In this document: positions 1 through 12,620 of the stretch, in pieces
Position numbering within the stretch: the stretch's first letter is position 1
Layout: the number at the start of each line of letters is the position of its first letter
Assembly: GCF_018350175.1 (NCBI RefSeq)
Contig: NC_058368.1
Span: forward strand, 126,482,001-126,546,000
Source of the DNA: Felis catus
Taxonomy: Eukaryota
Direction: 5' to 3'
Length of the DNA stretch: 64,000 nucleotides
Notes under the pieces: generated by a model
The model's database searches: none
Seen by the model: the letters and a program-made list of their open reading frames with translations, nothing else
What the model was told of the DNA's origin: nothing
Translations under genes and position numbers: made by a program

Positions 1-179
1 TTTTAAAATAATAAACCGACTCAAAGTCACACAGCCAGGAAATCGTAGAGCCAAGGTATGAACCCAGCTGGGATTCTTCATTGATGCATTTCATAATTAA
101 ATATTTCCTACATTGTCTTTTAGAGCACATGTGCATATTTCCCTAGTCATCATTGAGAAACAAGGTAGAGTTTAATAAT

Positions 180-370
180 ATGAGCCCTGTCGCTATATTA
201 CCTGACTTGAATGGTCTTCTGACACTCATACCTGTGTGAATTTGAGTACATTACCTGATCATAGCTCTGAGTGTCATTTTTCTCATTTTCATATGAATCT
301 ACTTCGTTGAGTTGTTGTGAGGTTTCAGTAAATTTCTCACACAGTGCTTGAACCATAAATACTTGCCATT
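180..370. mobile_element. MIR SINE fragment
   Basis: MIR-like core: tgtgtgaatttgagtacattacctgat...ctctgagtgtcatttttctcat...gttgttgtgaggtt. Confidence 0.5.
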
Positions 371-374
371 GTCA

Positions 375-583
375 TTTTTTAAATATTTACTTTTGAGAGA
401 GAGAGACAGAGCACAAGCAGGGGAGGGGCAGAGAGAGAGGGAGATGCAGAATCCAAAGTAGGCTCCAGGCTTTGAGCTGTCAGCACAGAGCCTGATGCGG
501 GGCTTGAACCCACAAACCATGATGTGAGATCGTGGCCTGACCCGAAGTCAGACGCTTAACCGACTGAGCCACCCAGACACCCC
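375..583 (-). mobile_element. Can-SINE (SINEC_Fc type)
   Basis: Reverse-complement SINE: T-rich tail, (GA)n, ggctccaggct..gagctgtcagcacagagcc, ending cttaaccgactgagccacccagacacccc. Confidence 0.92.
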
Positions 584-1081
584 TTGCTGTCTCCATTTTT
601 AATTTGAAAGGGACTACCATTTATTTTAGGATGTTGATTTAATGTGATGTTAATAGATGAAATAGATACATGCTTTGGGTGCACTTTCTTAGGAAATAAG
701 AGAGACTCTAATAATTCAGATAATTCAGTAAGAAACACCCTGCTGTTCAGCCACTTTGGTGTGTCCATCCCTGGGATTATAAAGTTGCAGAGCCCACATG
801 CTCTGGCCGGTTCCTCATATCTTTGCTTTTCATGTAACCCTCATAGATGTCTCCTTTGGTGTCTTTGATTGGTTCTGAATGCTGAGCAGTGACAAACACC
901 AACACAGCTGGAAAGAGCTGTAAGATTTGCTGTTCTGTCTTACAGCAGGGAATTATTGCCATGGATACCAGCATCAGAGGAAAACTGGGGAGCATTCTCA
1001 TCTGGTCTCCTGAGTGGTCTGACATCTGTTTCTGGCAAGGCCAATAATGAGTGTGCTGCTAGCTTCATATCAAACGGAAGA

Positions 1082-1111
1082 CTGATCCTCATTTTTTTTT
1101 TTTAATCACAG
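1082..1111 (+). promoter_or_regulatory. 3' splice site of the RAB3C exon: branch-point-like CTGAT, T-tract, CAG
   Basis: ctgat at 1082-1086, then cctcattttttttttttaatcacag directly before the ATG at 1112. Confidence 0.8.
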
Positions 1112-1339
1112 ATGGCCTCTTCCCAAGATGCCAGGTATGGCCAGAAAGACTCCTCTGATCAGAACTTTGACTACATGTTCAAATTGCTCATCATTGGCAA
1201 TAGCAGTGTGGGGAAAACATCTTTCCTGTTCCGTTATGCGGATGACTCCTTTACATCTGCATTCGTCAGCACAGTTGGGATCGATTTCAAAGTAAAAACT
1301 GTATTCAAAAATGAAAAGAGAATCAAGCTTCAGATTTGG
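1112..1339 (+). CDS. RAB3C: RAB3C coding exon (Ras-related protein Rab-3C; 76 codons, phase 0 at both ends; equivalent to human exon 2)
   Basis: Translates to [76 protein letters not shown]. It has the Rab3 P-loop GNSSVGKT, the effector loop TVGIDF and the RAB3C-type segments [11 protein letters not shown] and VFKNEKR. It is flanked by a poly-T tract plus cacAG acceptor (AG at 1110-1111) and a TGG|gtaagt donor (GT at 1340-1341). Confidence 0.96.
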
Positions 1340-3437
1340 GTAAGTGACTTTGAAATGACAATGTTCTTCAGTCTATGACATTGAAGCTAGATGTATGAAA
1401 GAGAGACACTTTCTGCCTTGTTCTGTCCCTATGGGTCCACAGGCTCCATTTCTAGATTCTTTGCTTGGAAAATTCTGTTTCAAAGACAGTAGAGTGATGC
1501 CTCTTTAAGGTATGGAGACTAAACTATGCCTTATTGTGAAGTGTTGCTTCTTAGAGTCTTCAGAAGAAAGAAAATCCAAATATATGTTGTGTTGGTGGTT
1601 GAAGGAACACTCAATGAGAAGCTAGACTCTGCCTTTCATGATCTGTATGACCCTGAACAAGCCTGTGAATCCCTCTCTATGCCACTTTTGTAATCCACAA
1701 AGTTGGCAAAGTCAATCTAGCCTTTTAGATCATAGGGACCATCTTGTCCTGGGCATTGTAAAGAAAAGGTCAATGACCAAATGTAGAGAAAACTTAAGTT
1801 TGGTACCTTTATAAAGCCCCACATAAAACTTTGAACATGGTCTATTTACCTTTTACAGACTTTCTTTTCTCAGCTCTAAGAGTTATGTTTATTCACACAA
1901 GCAAAACAAAACAAATGAAATACAATATTTACTTTAAACAGGGTTTTCCTCTAAGCAGAAGTTTTCCCACTAACTTTTGAGACCATTTGACTAGCTTTTT
2001 GCCTCTTCCCACCCCTGCAGAAGATCAAAGTTTCTTTAAATCTTTGGGATAAAATTAGGACAATAGCAAGTGAGAAGCAGAAGAAAAATGTATGTGGGTA
2101 ACAGGTTTAAGGTAATATAAGAATGAAATAAAAGTTAGTGACACCAAAAGAGATTTGTGGAGTAAGCATTTTATGTATATCATGGAATATATGGGTACAG
2201 TGGTGTAGAGCATTTCTGCAGTGTTTTGGCCCCTTTTCCCTGCTTATTTGTGCCTCTGCCACTCAAATTAACTTGAGCTGTAAACAGGTATTTCCCTCCC
2301 AAGAGATGTTTCTCACTTTCCTCTGAGATAATTCTGATATCTACTGCCATTTTCACTGGCCTCAGGGGTATCTGTAGGACTGATGATAAATCTCCCTCCT
2401 CAAATATGGAGAACTGGAAGAAAGATAAATCCTAGAGTGCAGAATATAAACCTTTTTTTAAAAAATAAATACCACTTTATTTAAATATCGGTATAAACCG
2501 AGTGACCTTTAAGTATCTTAAAGTTCTTAGGTGTAACTTTAAAGATGTAGGTATGCACACAGACAGGTATCCTTTTGGGCAGCTTACTATTTTACTTATT
2601 ATAATTCAGGAGTCATCCAAGTCTAAACAGAACTGGTGTAAGAGCTTGGAAAAGTTGTCGGAGGACCTTTCACTACTCTTCCAGTCCTCAAAGCCCTTTT
2701 TGTTGGGAGGGTACCTCTTTGGAACTTAAATATACAGCCCTGTCCATGGAGATAGAAAGAGCTATGTTCATTGCTTCACATTTGGGTCCTGGTTCATTCT
2801 CTTCCTTTTGAGCTTTAAGCAACCAACTGTCATATCACTGTGACTCTCATGTTCAGGCTTAAGAAAGGTCCCTCAACTCTGAAGAGATTTGGTGAATTGA
2901 AAATTAAATTAATTTTGTAACCACACATCTCTCAACTCACTGACCATGTTTTTTTCCGCTGCTAAAATAACAGTCCTTCCTTTGGCTGACAGCTCCTAGT
3001 TTCCCCTTATACCTTACAGATGCTTAAAGATGGCTGTCATGATCATTTAGGTAAAACGCCAACTTCGTGTGTTAAGTCAATCTAATAATCTCTAGTAACT
3101 TCTCAATCTAGGTTTTTGACAGAAATGATTTGTAGAGGTACATAATTATCTGTTTTTAATGTAAAAAAGATATATTTCAAATAACATAAATTATTTTGAG
3201 AATTATAAAGTATTTCGTACTTAAAAATATTTTCTTCAAAGTACACAATGCTACTATGATGCCAGAGCTGATTCATTGACTTTTCTTGGGGGTTGAAATT
3301 AAGTTACTTCTGTATAGGTCTTACATTTGGATGAAAGTTGTTCTCCGAGCTAACTTAAGCCTCAGATCTTTGAGCTGCCTCCAAGATCTCCTCATGCTTC
3401 TCACTTCCCATAACTTCACTCAAAAAGCTCTCACAAA

Positions 3438-3584
3438 GGGGAGCCTGGGTGGCTCAGTCGGTTGGCCATCTGACTTCAGCTCAGGTCATGATCTCCTTGT
3501 TTGTGAGTTCAAGCCCCAAATCAGGCTTCTTGCTGTCAGTGCAGCAGAGCCTGCTTCAGATCCTCTGCTCCCCCTCTTTCTCTG

Positions 3585-3621
<37 letters not shown>

Positions 3622-3650
3622 ACTAAATAAACATTAAAACAACAACAAAA
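3438..3650 (+). mobile_element. Can-SINE (older subfamily)
   Basis: Head ggggagcctgggtggctcagtcgg, (CT)n tract, aataaacattaaaa tail; degenerate TSD aaaaagctctcaca / aaaaagtcctcaca. Confidence 0.92.
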
Positions 3651-4809
3651 AAGTCCTCACATATAACTGTCTTTAAATTTGTATCAAATCTTCCATAATC
3701 TCCCATTTTCCCCAAACCTCCAACTCTCTTCACAGCCCAGTCCAGCCCAGAACTTCATTCCAGGGCTTCCATTCTCCCATTCTGTGGATACAGATACACT
3801 CCTCCATGGGTTAGCAACTCAGGAATCCTTCCCCTTGCCCTCTCCTTAGTCACAACTGTAGTTTGGTGGCCACTGTTATCTTTGCAACTAAAGCAGTCTC
3901 TTCTCTTCCTCTTTAGGGAAATTAGGAGCTCTTAATGCACCTGTGATTTCACAGGTGTGAAAATGGGTTTTACACTACTGTATACCAACTGGTCTACTAG
4001 ACTGTGAAACATTCCAAAGAAGTACTATAAAAAGATTTTGTGCTCATTCAACTTATAGTATAATTGGAAAAAGAAATTAATACGGAGTAGTTATATATCT
4101 TACAAGCAAACACCTGCTGCATAAGCATTATATATATAGCTAGCATTTATTGAACACACACCATATGCCAGGCATTATCTATGCTTTACCTCTAATTCCT
4201 GAAACAATTCAACTTTGCATTTCTTCTTCTTATTATTTTACTTGAGAAATTTGAAGGTGGGGCAAGTTTAGTAGCTTGCCAAGATCATATGTAATGAATT
4301 ACTGATTCCAGGACACATCTATCAGAGCCTAATGCTTGGGCTTCTATTCCCCTTTATCAAGCTGACAAAATTATGAAGTTTTCTTGAATATGGTGGTGTT
4401 TTTCTGGAGATGGCAATTTTAAGTGATGTATCCTGGGATGTTGAAGAAAATTTTGAAAAAGTTTGGCCATTTCAGTGAATTGAGGCATGCAGAGGAGGAT
4501 AGGATCAAGAGAAATAGGGTGGTGTGCCTACAAATAGGTATACCTACAGTAATTCTAGGGATCCTTGCTTGATGCTATCATGTAAGTATGGCATAGTTGT
4601 TATTTAACAATTTTAAATAACATAGTTGTTATTAGTTGTTCTATAACAACTTTAATAAATCATTTTTTGGGGGAATATATTTGGCACTTACAGTTTTTCA
4701 TGTCCTAGTATTTAATAGCCCATTAACTACTTTTCCCAGCTTATAGTATTTTTCTGTACTTACATTAATTTGTAACTAATTCATTAGGGTGTCCACAATC
4801 ATCTTACTG

Positions 4810-5425
4810 ACAACACTTCTGAAACCAAATGTGTGGGTTTTCTAGACCAGTTAATCCTTCAACTCTCTGTGGACACCACCTGGCTGCATACAATTTAATC
4901 CATTTCTGATGTTTACTACCTGGAATTACCACAGACCCCAGATGTAAAGGGCTCAGTTCTGCAAGACTGCTGTCCCTTATTTCAGACACCCATCACAAGT
5001 CTGTTGTTTTTCTGATATACAGGCTCCAAATGGGGGGGGGGGTTCCCATTCCACCACCCCTCAGAGTTGATAATTTGTTAGGATAGCTTATAGAACTCAG
5101 GAAGACAGTCTACTTACTATTATGTGTTTATTATAAGGATAGAACTGAGTAACATCTAAACAGAAGAGAAAAGTAGGACAGTTTCAGGGCAGGAGGATAG
5201 GTACAGTTTCCATGCCTTCTCTGGGCATGTCATACTCCTAGACCGTTGATGTATTCACCAACCCAGAAGCTCTCTGAACCTCATCCTTTAGGATACTTAT
5301 GGAGCTTCCATTACACAGGCATGATTGTCATGATTAATTAAATCATTGGCAGTTGGTGATTAACTCAGCCTGCTGCACCTTTCCCCTCCGAGCGGTCAGG
5401 GGGATAGGGCTGAAAGTTCCATATC
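4810..5425. mobile_element. ERVL-type solo LTR, MER21-like
   Basis: acacttctgaaaccaaatgtgtgggtttt...aagggctcagttctgcaagactgc resembles the recalled MER21 consensus. Confidence 0.6.
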
Positions 5426-7159
5426 TTTACCTGGACAGGCTGAGGATGTTGATATGATTCTGATTACTTTATTAGTTTTAAAGTGTCCATTAAGAGGACT
5501 GTTTCCAGGTTAGGAAACCAAGGTGTTTAGAGAAGATAAATATTTGGCCTTACCTTACAATTAGTACCAGAGCAGGTCTCCTGCTAGTTGAGCCAGTCTG
5601 ATTGCTACTACACCAAGTTCACTCTCAAGGTAAATGCTGTGTTATGATCGCTCTTGTAAGTTTACTTGATTGCCGGTGGAATCCACCAGGCTCAGGGACA
5701 TCCAACTTGAGCCCAGATTTCAAGTATTTCTAAAATATCAGGAGGAAGTGCCTGTCTGGGAAGACTCCCCCGTTCCTCTTGATGGTTTGCTTTTTACATG
5801 TGTTGCATCCGGAGTTTCTGAGTCCACAAACTGGATTACTTACTGGATTTTTAACAATTCACATGCAAATAAAGCGTTTTAACAGCTACTAGAAACCACT
5901 GACATTTCTTCATGGACATGTTACACCTCCTTTCTGTGGAAGTTCATTACTGCCTTGGAATAAACTTGTTTAGAGAAATGTTCATTTGTACTTTTTTACC
6001 AACTTTGTATTCCATTAGTATATTTATGAATCCCTTTATCCTTCACTGAATTTACATTTCTTACTGCATTTTCATTTTATTATCATTTTTATGCTTCTCA
6101 AATCAAAAATTTTCAAAATTTTAGAGATTCCAAGTATTTGGTCTGGTTCTTTAATATTTTATGTGTTGGTTTAACGCTATTATGAATATATTGGGGGAGA
6201 ATTTAGTGTGGTTGTCACTTTGATGAAAAATATTTCACAGCTGGGATCTATATTATTTTGCTTCTCATTTTAAAAATAGTTTAGCTTTGAGAAAAGCTGT
6301 GTAAAGTGGATGCCTTCCCAATGAGAAGACTGAAAAAAATAGCATCAATTACGAAGAATATCACCTATATTTATTTTTAGTATCTAGATTACTAGGATGA
6401 GAGCATTGAGGCTTATAGCAATTTGCAAAGCAGAATGTGCTGGCAATTATTGCAATTAGACTGTGTAGATAGCCAGACTTGACAGTGTGATTCTCCTGAA
6501 TAAATAGCAACTTCCTTTGCTTGAAGAAAGCACCTGGATATCCTTTTTTTCAGTTGGGTCTGCATTTTTTAAGTCCTAAAATCAGGGTTGACTCCAACTA
6601 ATGGAAGACTTAACTTGAAAAAGCCATAGCTTAATTGGGGAATACAGGTTTTACATGGACAGGAGCCAGGTAGGCAGAAGGCAGAGGGCATTACTGTTTT
6701 CATTGCTCTTTGTCACTCCTTGTGCCTTTCTCCTTCCTTTTTCTCTCTTTCCCCTTCTTCCTCCCTTCATTTCTGAAGCTCTGGCCAGGCTGAGTTAATT
6801 GGAAACTGATTCTCAGCATGTTCAGAGTCCAGGGCTGCCACACACAGATTCACGTTGTATACTGCGCAAGGGCACCCACCAAAGGGTCAAGTGGGGCCCT
6901 TCTCCACTTACTGAGCCTTGTGCTCTTCCTAAGGGGCACCTTTTCCTTTTCTCAAAGGTTCCATCTGTTCGTCAAGTATGTGCTGCTGGACTACATGCAT
7001 CTAAAGGGGATTCTGATCCCCGTATTGTAACCATGTCTTCAGGTAGGAACTAGTCAGAATCTAATGCAAGAGATGGACTAGTAAACCCAGAGAGGGACCT
7101 AAGTCCTGCTTCTCTAGAGGAGGCATGGAGGAAGACAGTGTTTGAAAATACAGGTTTTA

Positions 7160-7690
7160 TTATTATTGAAGTATGGCCAGGCCATCAGATCAGGAGACAA
7201 CTGCCATTAACAACAAACAGAAGATAGTTTTTTATATTCATGGTTTCCAGGAGAAGGACGCATGGGCTAGAGGAGGGAGGCACAAGGGGAATGAGGTGAA
7301 TCACCAGGGTGCATTAGGAGGTTGTTAGGGGTGTGTGATAAGAGCCTCTGTTGTGGTTTCTGTGGAATGACTGGGCACAGCAGATTTAGGATTGCTAGTC
7401 TGAATAATTTCAGCAGACCCTATGTCTGCTCAGGGGACATAGAGACACTGGTTATCTGGCTCAGGAGTGATTAAGGGAGGTGGATAGTGGCTCAAAGTGT
7501 TAAAGCCCAGTAAGAGACGTGGTTGGTGGTATGAGCTCTGGATTCGTTCCTTTGCATCAGAAAAGTGAGCTGGCGAGTTGTTTAATATCTCTAGGAGTTG
7601 GCTAACTCTGAGAAGGGCAGTCCCTCCAGGGTCCACAAGGCCCTGGGTGTCAACACATCAGAATATAGAAAATGAAACACATGTTTAATA
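7160..7690 (-). mobile_element. ERVL-type LTR, MER77-like
   Basis: gccatcagatcaggagacaactgccatt at one end and atctctaggagttggctaactctgagaagggcagtccctccagggtc near the other resemble the reverse complement of the recalled MER77 consensus. Confidence 0.5.
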
Positions 7691-9319
7691 AAGGAGGCGG
7701 GTCTTGGAGCCCCAGGGGTGGCCTCTTTCATTTATTCTACTGAGTCAAATTCTTGGGATTTCAAATACTCTTACCATAGGCTCAGTGCATTTCCTGGTCT
7801 GAGCATTTGGAGACCTAGAAAATTGGATTGGGAAACAATCTTTCACATTTTCTGGCTTACCTCCTCATTTGATGGTATGACTGATAATAGCATCATTTAC
7901 TGAACCCAGTTTTACCCACAAAGGAAACACTTTATGCTTTATGCATTTTAGAATTTATTTTTTCCCACGAGGGAAGCTGGTATTATTAGCCCTGTTTTAT
8001 AGATGCAGAAACAAAGAATCAGAAAGATAAAGGAATTTTCTCAAGGTCATAGCTAGAATATATTAGAGGCCGCATACCCAGCACGGCATGGAGTCCAAAG
8101 CCCACGTGTACTTGATCGCGTGATATAAATGAGGTCCAGGAAGGCCAAGTGATTTCTTTGAGCTCTTTAGGTTATTCAATCTAAAATCCTACATATGTTA
8201 ATTCTTAGCAAGTACTTTTGCACACTATATAATTACTCTATATTTTTTCCTATTTCTTGATTACCTATTCTAAGAAATTATTTATAGTTTCAGAAAGAAA
8301 TCACTTGTTTTGCTTTTAACTTACTATCCACCAGCATGAGTGGGTTGTGCATTATCTGTGTTTAAAACACAGATATACACGGCAGGATGGATTGGAACAC
8401 ATTCAACTAGCTTCTTCCTGTACATTTCTGGAATGCCTGTTTTCACGGATGGGAACGTGCATATCAAGAAGGGGCAGAAAGAAGAGTCTGAGTAAAATGG
8501 AATTGGAAAATATTTCTACCTGTAATCTTTGCATTTGGTGCTCATTTAACCTAGTCACCCTACACATGTATTTCAGGATGGTGTTCATATTTTTTCATCT
8601 ATTTATAAGGAACCACCCTTTTCTACCCAGGTTAGTTCCTCAAGAGAACCACTGAAGCTGGTGGCAGCTGCCAAGACCATTGCTGGCACTGTCACCTGTA
8701 TGCTCTTTTCCCCCTTCGCATGTGTTCTAACCTAGCATCTGCTCTTTCCCTGAGAGACTGAGAAAGGTAATATTGGGTTTCACTCCTGAGAGGAAGCTGA
8801 TGCTTGTGTGCTAAGTGTTAAGATGCATGAAAACGTTCACCCTGTCAGGCAGCTGAAGTCAGCAACTCCTGCAGTCCCACCATGTTTAAACCACTTTCTC
8901 AACATTGACAAAGTAGGGAGAATACTAAAGACTTTTGTTCCTGGCCCAGTGGAGATTACCAGCTATGTGGGAAGATAGGACAACAAACACAAGAAAGGGG
9001 CCTCCTGTGGATCATTGAGTGAGTGTCCCCAAGGGGCAGAGTGGCCCAACAGTAGGAGGGGGCACTTTTGAGTCTGACATTTTGGGAATCACATGCTGAT
9101 TCTGATCTCACTAGCTGTGACCTCAAGCCCTAACTTTTCTGAGCCTTTTCACAAATTTGATTCATTTGTGAATGAAAGAAAATACCTACCCCTTATCTTC
9201 TAGGTATTTGCCATAATAATTTTTTTTATAATTGTTCACTACTAGACACAGAGCTAACAGTAAATGTTAGTTTTCTTCTTTCTTAAAAATAGTGTACCAA
9301 CCTTCAGACAAATAATTTA

Positions 9320-9880
9320 ATTGGATCAAATATATGCTGGGTGCTACTCTGTGGCAGGCACTGTGGTAGGTGCTGGGGGACGTAATGGTAAAGGATACAC
9401 AGGGTGTGCCACAGGAGCCAACTGTCTGGTGGGGAGGTAGAGAGTGAAGAGAGAATTCCATCTGCTGTGATAAATGCTCTGGAGACATGAACACAGGTTA
9501 CACAGGAAAGAAGCCTAACCCAGTCTTGGGGACTTTGGGAAGGTTTCTTGAGGGCGTCTACATCTGAGCCATAAACTGACAAATGAAATAGAATTATTTG
9601 CTCATTGATTCACTCATTCATTTACTCAACCAACATTTATTGAGTTTTTACTCAATAAATGAGTAAGACACTGACTCTGTGAAGGAATTTGAGATTGAAA
9701 GTAAACGCTCAGAAAATCTGATGGTGATGGTGTTGTGGATAAATAATCAGCACTATAACAAATGAAAGATAGCAACAAGGGCAGGGAAGTTTGCTTTTGT
9801 TAAATGGTCAAGAAGGGTTTATATGAAGTAACTGGGCTGAGACCCAAAGGATGAGAAGGAGCTGAACATTGAAGAATAAG
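9320..9880 (-). mobile_element. L2 LINE fragments
   Basis: tgggtgctactctgtggcaggcactgtggtaggtgctgggga and cattcatttactcaaccaacatttattgag are L2 3'-end signatures. Confidence 0.55.
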
Positions 9881-10237
9881 GATGAGTGTTCATGTTCCCT
9901 TCCTCTCTCTCCTCCCTGTGTCTCTCTCTCTCCCCTCCCCTCTTTCCCTCCCCCCCACCCCCCATTTCAAAAGTTTCTGCTTTCTGGGTTTTTTTTCCAC
10001 TATAGCTTCATATAGAGTGCTTGTTGCTTACTCTTTGTTTATCAGATCTTCACTTTTCTCCCATTTTGCCTCCCATTTGAGCAGGTGTAGATTTAGATTA
10101 TTGGAGCCTATAGCTTTGACAGATTGGTAAAAACTAAGGAACAAGTATAAAAATGCATTACTTTTGCAAAAGTATCAAAAAGCAGATGACCATGTGAACC
10201 TATTACTGGCCGCCCTTAGAAGGAACCTAAAGCTTAT

Positions 10238-10449
10238 GGGGCGCCTGGGTGGCGCAGTCAGTTAAGCATCCGACTTCAGCCAGGTCACGATCTCGCAGTC
10301 CGTGAGTTCAAGCCCCGCGTCAGGCTCTGTGCTGACGGCTCAGAGCCTGGAGCCTGTTTCCGATTCTGTGTCTCCCTCTCCCTCTGCCCCTCTCCCGTTC
10401 ATGCTCTGTCTCTCTCTGTCCCAAAAATAAATAAACGTTGAAAAAAAAA
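10238..10449 (+). mobile_element. Young Can-SINE (SINEC_Fc)
   Basis: CpG-rich head ggggcgcctgggtggcgcagtc...cagccaggtcacgatctcg, tail aataaacgttgaaaa, TSD taaagctta. Confidence 0.95.
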
Positions 10450-10689
10450 TAAAGCTTAATCTTCTGTCAGCTTCATGGCAGTTCACCACTATTTTGGGGA
10501 AATTTTATCTGCTTGTCTGGAGGGACTGAAAGACGCATGTGGCTGATAAGCAATTACAGCTAGTACAAGAGAGGAACGTACAGTCGGAGTGTGTGGGTAA
10601 AGGTGTGTTGAGCCAGCAGGATAGAGAACGGACATTGGGGCAGGACTCTAGATTTCCTGGGGCAAATGACATTGAGCGATCCCTAATGT

Positions 10690-10890
10690 GCCAGGTGTAG
10701 TGGAACACGTTCATGGGTGTGAAGTCATGTAATCCTCACAAAAAACTATGACACAAGATGCCATTCTTGTCTTCAGTTTACACATGAGAAAACTGAGGAG
10801 CAGAGAGTGTGAATAACTCACCCAAGGTCTCACAGCTAACAGGTAGTTAGCAGATCTGAATGGGAGCCGCCCAGCTTTGGAGCCTTTATG
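10690..10890. mobile_element. MIR
   Basis: atgagaaaactgaggagcagagagtgtgaataactcacccaaggtctcacagcta matches the MIR core. Confidence 0.65.
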
Positions 10891-11093
10891 AACCCATTTT
10901 GGTGCACCCTCTCTCTGTAGGTGCCACTTCTGAGGCATTGCTCTGGGTGAGCCACTGAGCAGATTATATTTTTAGCACTTCCAACAACTTTGGAATGTTG
11001 GTATCTATAGAGATCTTTTTAAACGTGGAGGAAACCAAGACTCTGAGAGGTTAAATAGTTTTCTCCTGGCTACATAGCTTTTTCCACTGCTTT

Positions 11094-11317
11094 AAAAAAA
11101 AAAAAATTTTTTTTCAACGTTTATTTATTTTTGGGACGGAGAGAGACAGAGCATGAACGGGGGAGGGGCAGAGAGAGAGGGAGACACAGAATCAGAAACA
11201 GGCTCCAGGCTCTGAGCCATCAGCCCAGAGCCCGACGCGGGGCTCGAACTCACGGGCGGCGAGATCGTGACCTGGCTGAAGTCGGACGCTTAACTGACTG
11301 CGCCACCCAGGCGCCCC
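11094..11317 (-). mobile_element. Young Can-SINE (SINEC_Fc)
   Basis: Complete reverse-complement element with TSD tttttccactgcttt on both sides. Confidence 0.95.
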
Positions 11318-11799
11318 TTTTTCCACTGCTTTTTAGAGTAACTTTCAATGTTTTAACTCCCTGATTTAGAAAAAAAAATCAGGAAGTATCCAAAATCAAT
11401 GGAGTAAGTTTTTTACAGAAGTGTGTCATAATTGTATATCCCATCCAGATTGATATCTTTTGTGATCTTCCAATCAGCCCAGTTCATACAGGGACTTCTA
11501 GCCAAGAACGCTGATCTCAAACCTTTTGAAAATGGGAATGCCACATTGGTAGCAGAGAATGGGGATTCGGCATAAGTTCAGTTCCAGACTATTTAAATTG
11601 CGGAAACTTTAAGCAAATTAAACATTGTAATTAAACTCTTTCTTTGTTGTACATTTACTTACCTTAAGAGGCCATGAAGAATGAGTCAATTTGTTTTGGA
11701 TTGTCAGGATTATCAGAATGAACCCTTCAGACATGACTACTCTACTCAGTGGTCACCAGATATTTTCTCTAGTCTTAAGCCATTCTATTTTTTTTATTA

Positions 11800-11982
11800 T
11801 ATATATTTTTAAAATTTATTTATTTTATTTATTTTTGAGCAAGAGGCAGAGAGAGAGGGAGACAGAGAGAGAATACCACACTGTCAGTGCAGAGCCTGAA
11901 GTGGGGCTTGAGCTCACAAACCCTGAGATCATAACCTGAGCTGAAGTTGGATGCTTAACCGACTGAGCCACCCTGGTGCCCC
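11800..11982 (-). mobile_element. Older, internally shortened Can-SINE
   Basis: ctgtcagtgcagagcctgaagtggggcttgagctcacaaaccctgagatc...gagccaccctggtgcccc. Confidence 0.85.
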
Positions 11983-11996
11983 TAGGCCATTATATA

Positions 11997-11999
<3 letters not shown>

Positions 12000-12031
<32 letters not shown>
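12000..12031. repeat. (TA)n microsatellite
   Basis: About 15 TA units. Confidence 0.9.
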
Positions 12032-12034
<3 letters not shown>

Positions 12035-12394
12035 TTTCTTCAATATCACTTTGTCTCCCTTCATGTTGCCAGTTGCTTTCCTTTGCCATTCTAAACTTTT
12101 TACCTCCATCATATCATTTTATAAATCACATTCACTGTCATTAGGTGACTTGAGATCACAGTGGCCCAAGGTGAGAGTAAGAGAATCTTTTTATTAATAT
12201 GCATGAGCGTTGGTTTGAGGATGCTGGAAAGTCTAATTCGACCTCTCAGAAGCCTCCCTTTGCTACTATATTATTATCTCCATGTAGTCATCACCTAAAA
12301 TGTTAAATCTGCCTGATCACATTGGTATTATTTTAACCTTAGGCCTATTCTAGACTTACTTGGATCAGAAATATTACTTAGTGGTTTTGTCATT

Positions 12395-12620
12395 AAAAAT
12401 GGGCTCTGAAGCTAGGCTATCTGAGTTCAAATTTTAGTCCTAAGGCTTCTGTTGTGACCCTGGGCAAGTTAATTAACTTCTCTGTGTCTCAGTTTTCCCA
12501 TCTGTAAACTGGGGAAAATAAAAATACTTTGCTTATAGTCTTTTGGTAAAGATTAAATAAAATGATGTTTATAAAATTCTTAGCATAGTTCCTGATGCAT
12601 TGAATATGCTCAATAAAGAA
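12395..12620. mobile_element. MIR
   Basis: tgtgaccctgggcaagttaattaacttctctgtgtctcagttttcccatctgtaaactgggg is a clear MIR core. Confidence 0.75.

Noticed and set aside
1340..1378. ORF extension [12 protein letters not shown] after the RAB3C exon
   Set aside because: Read-through past a consensus GTAAGT donor. It is not Rab sequence, where DTAGQE is expected.
10238..10330. tRNA-like A and B boxes at SINE heads
   Set aside because: These are tRNA-derived SINE promoters followed by a CT tract and A tail, not tRNA genes.
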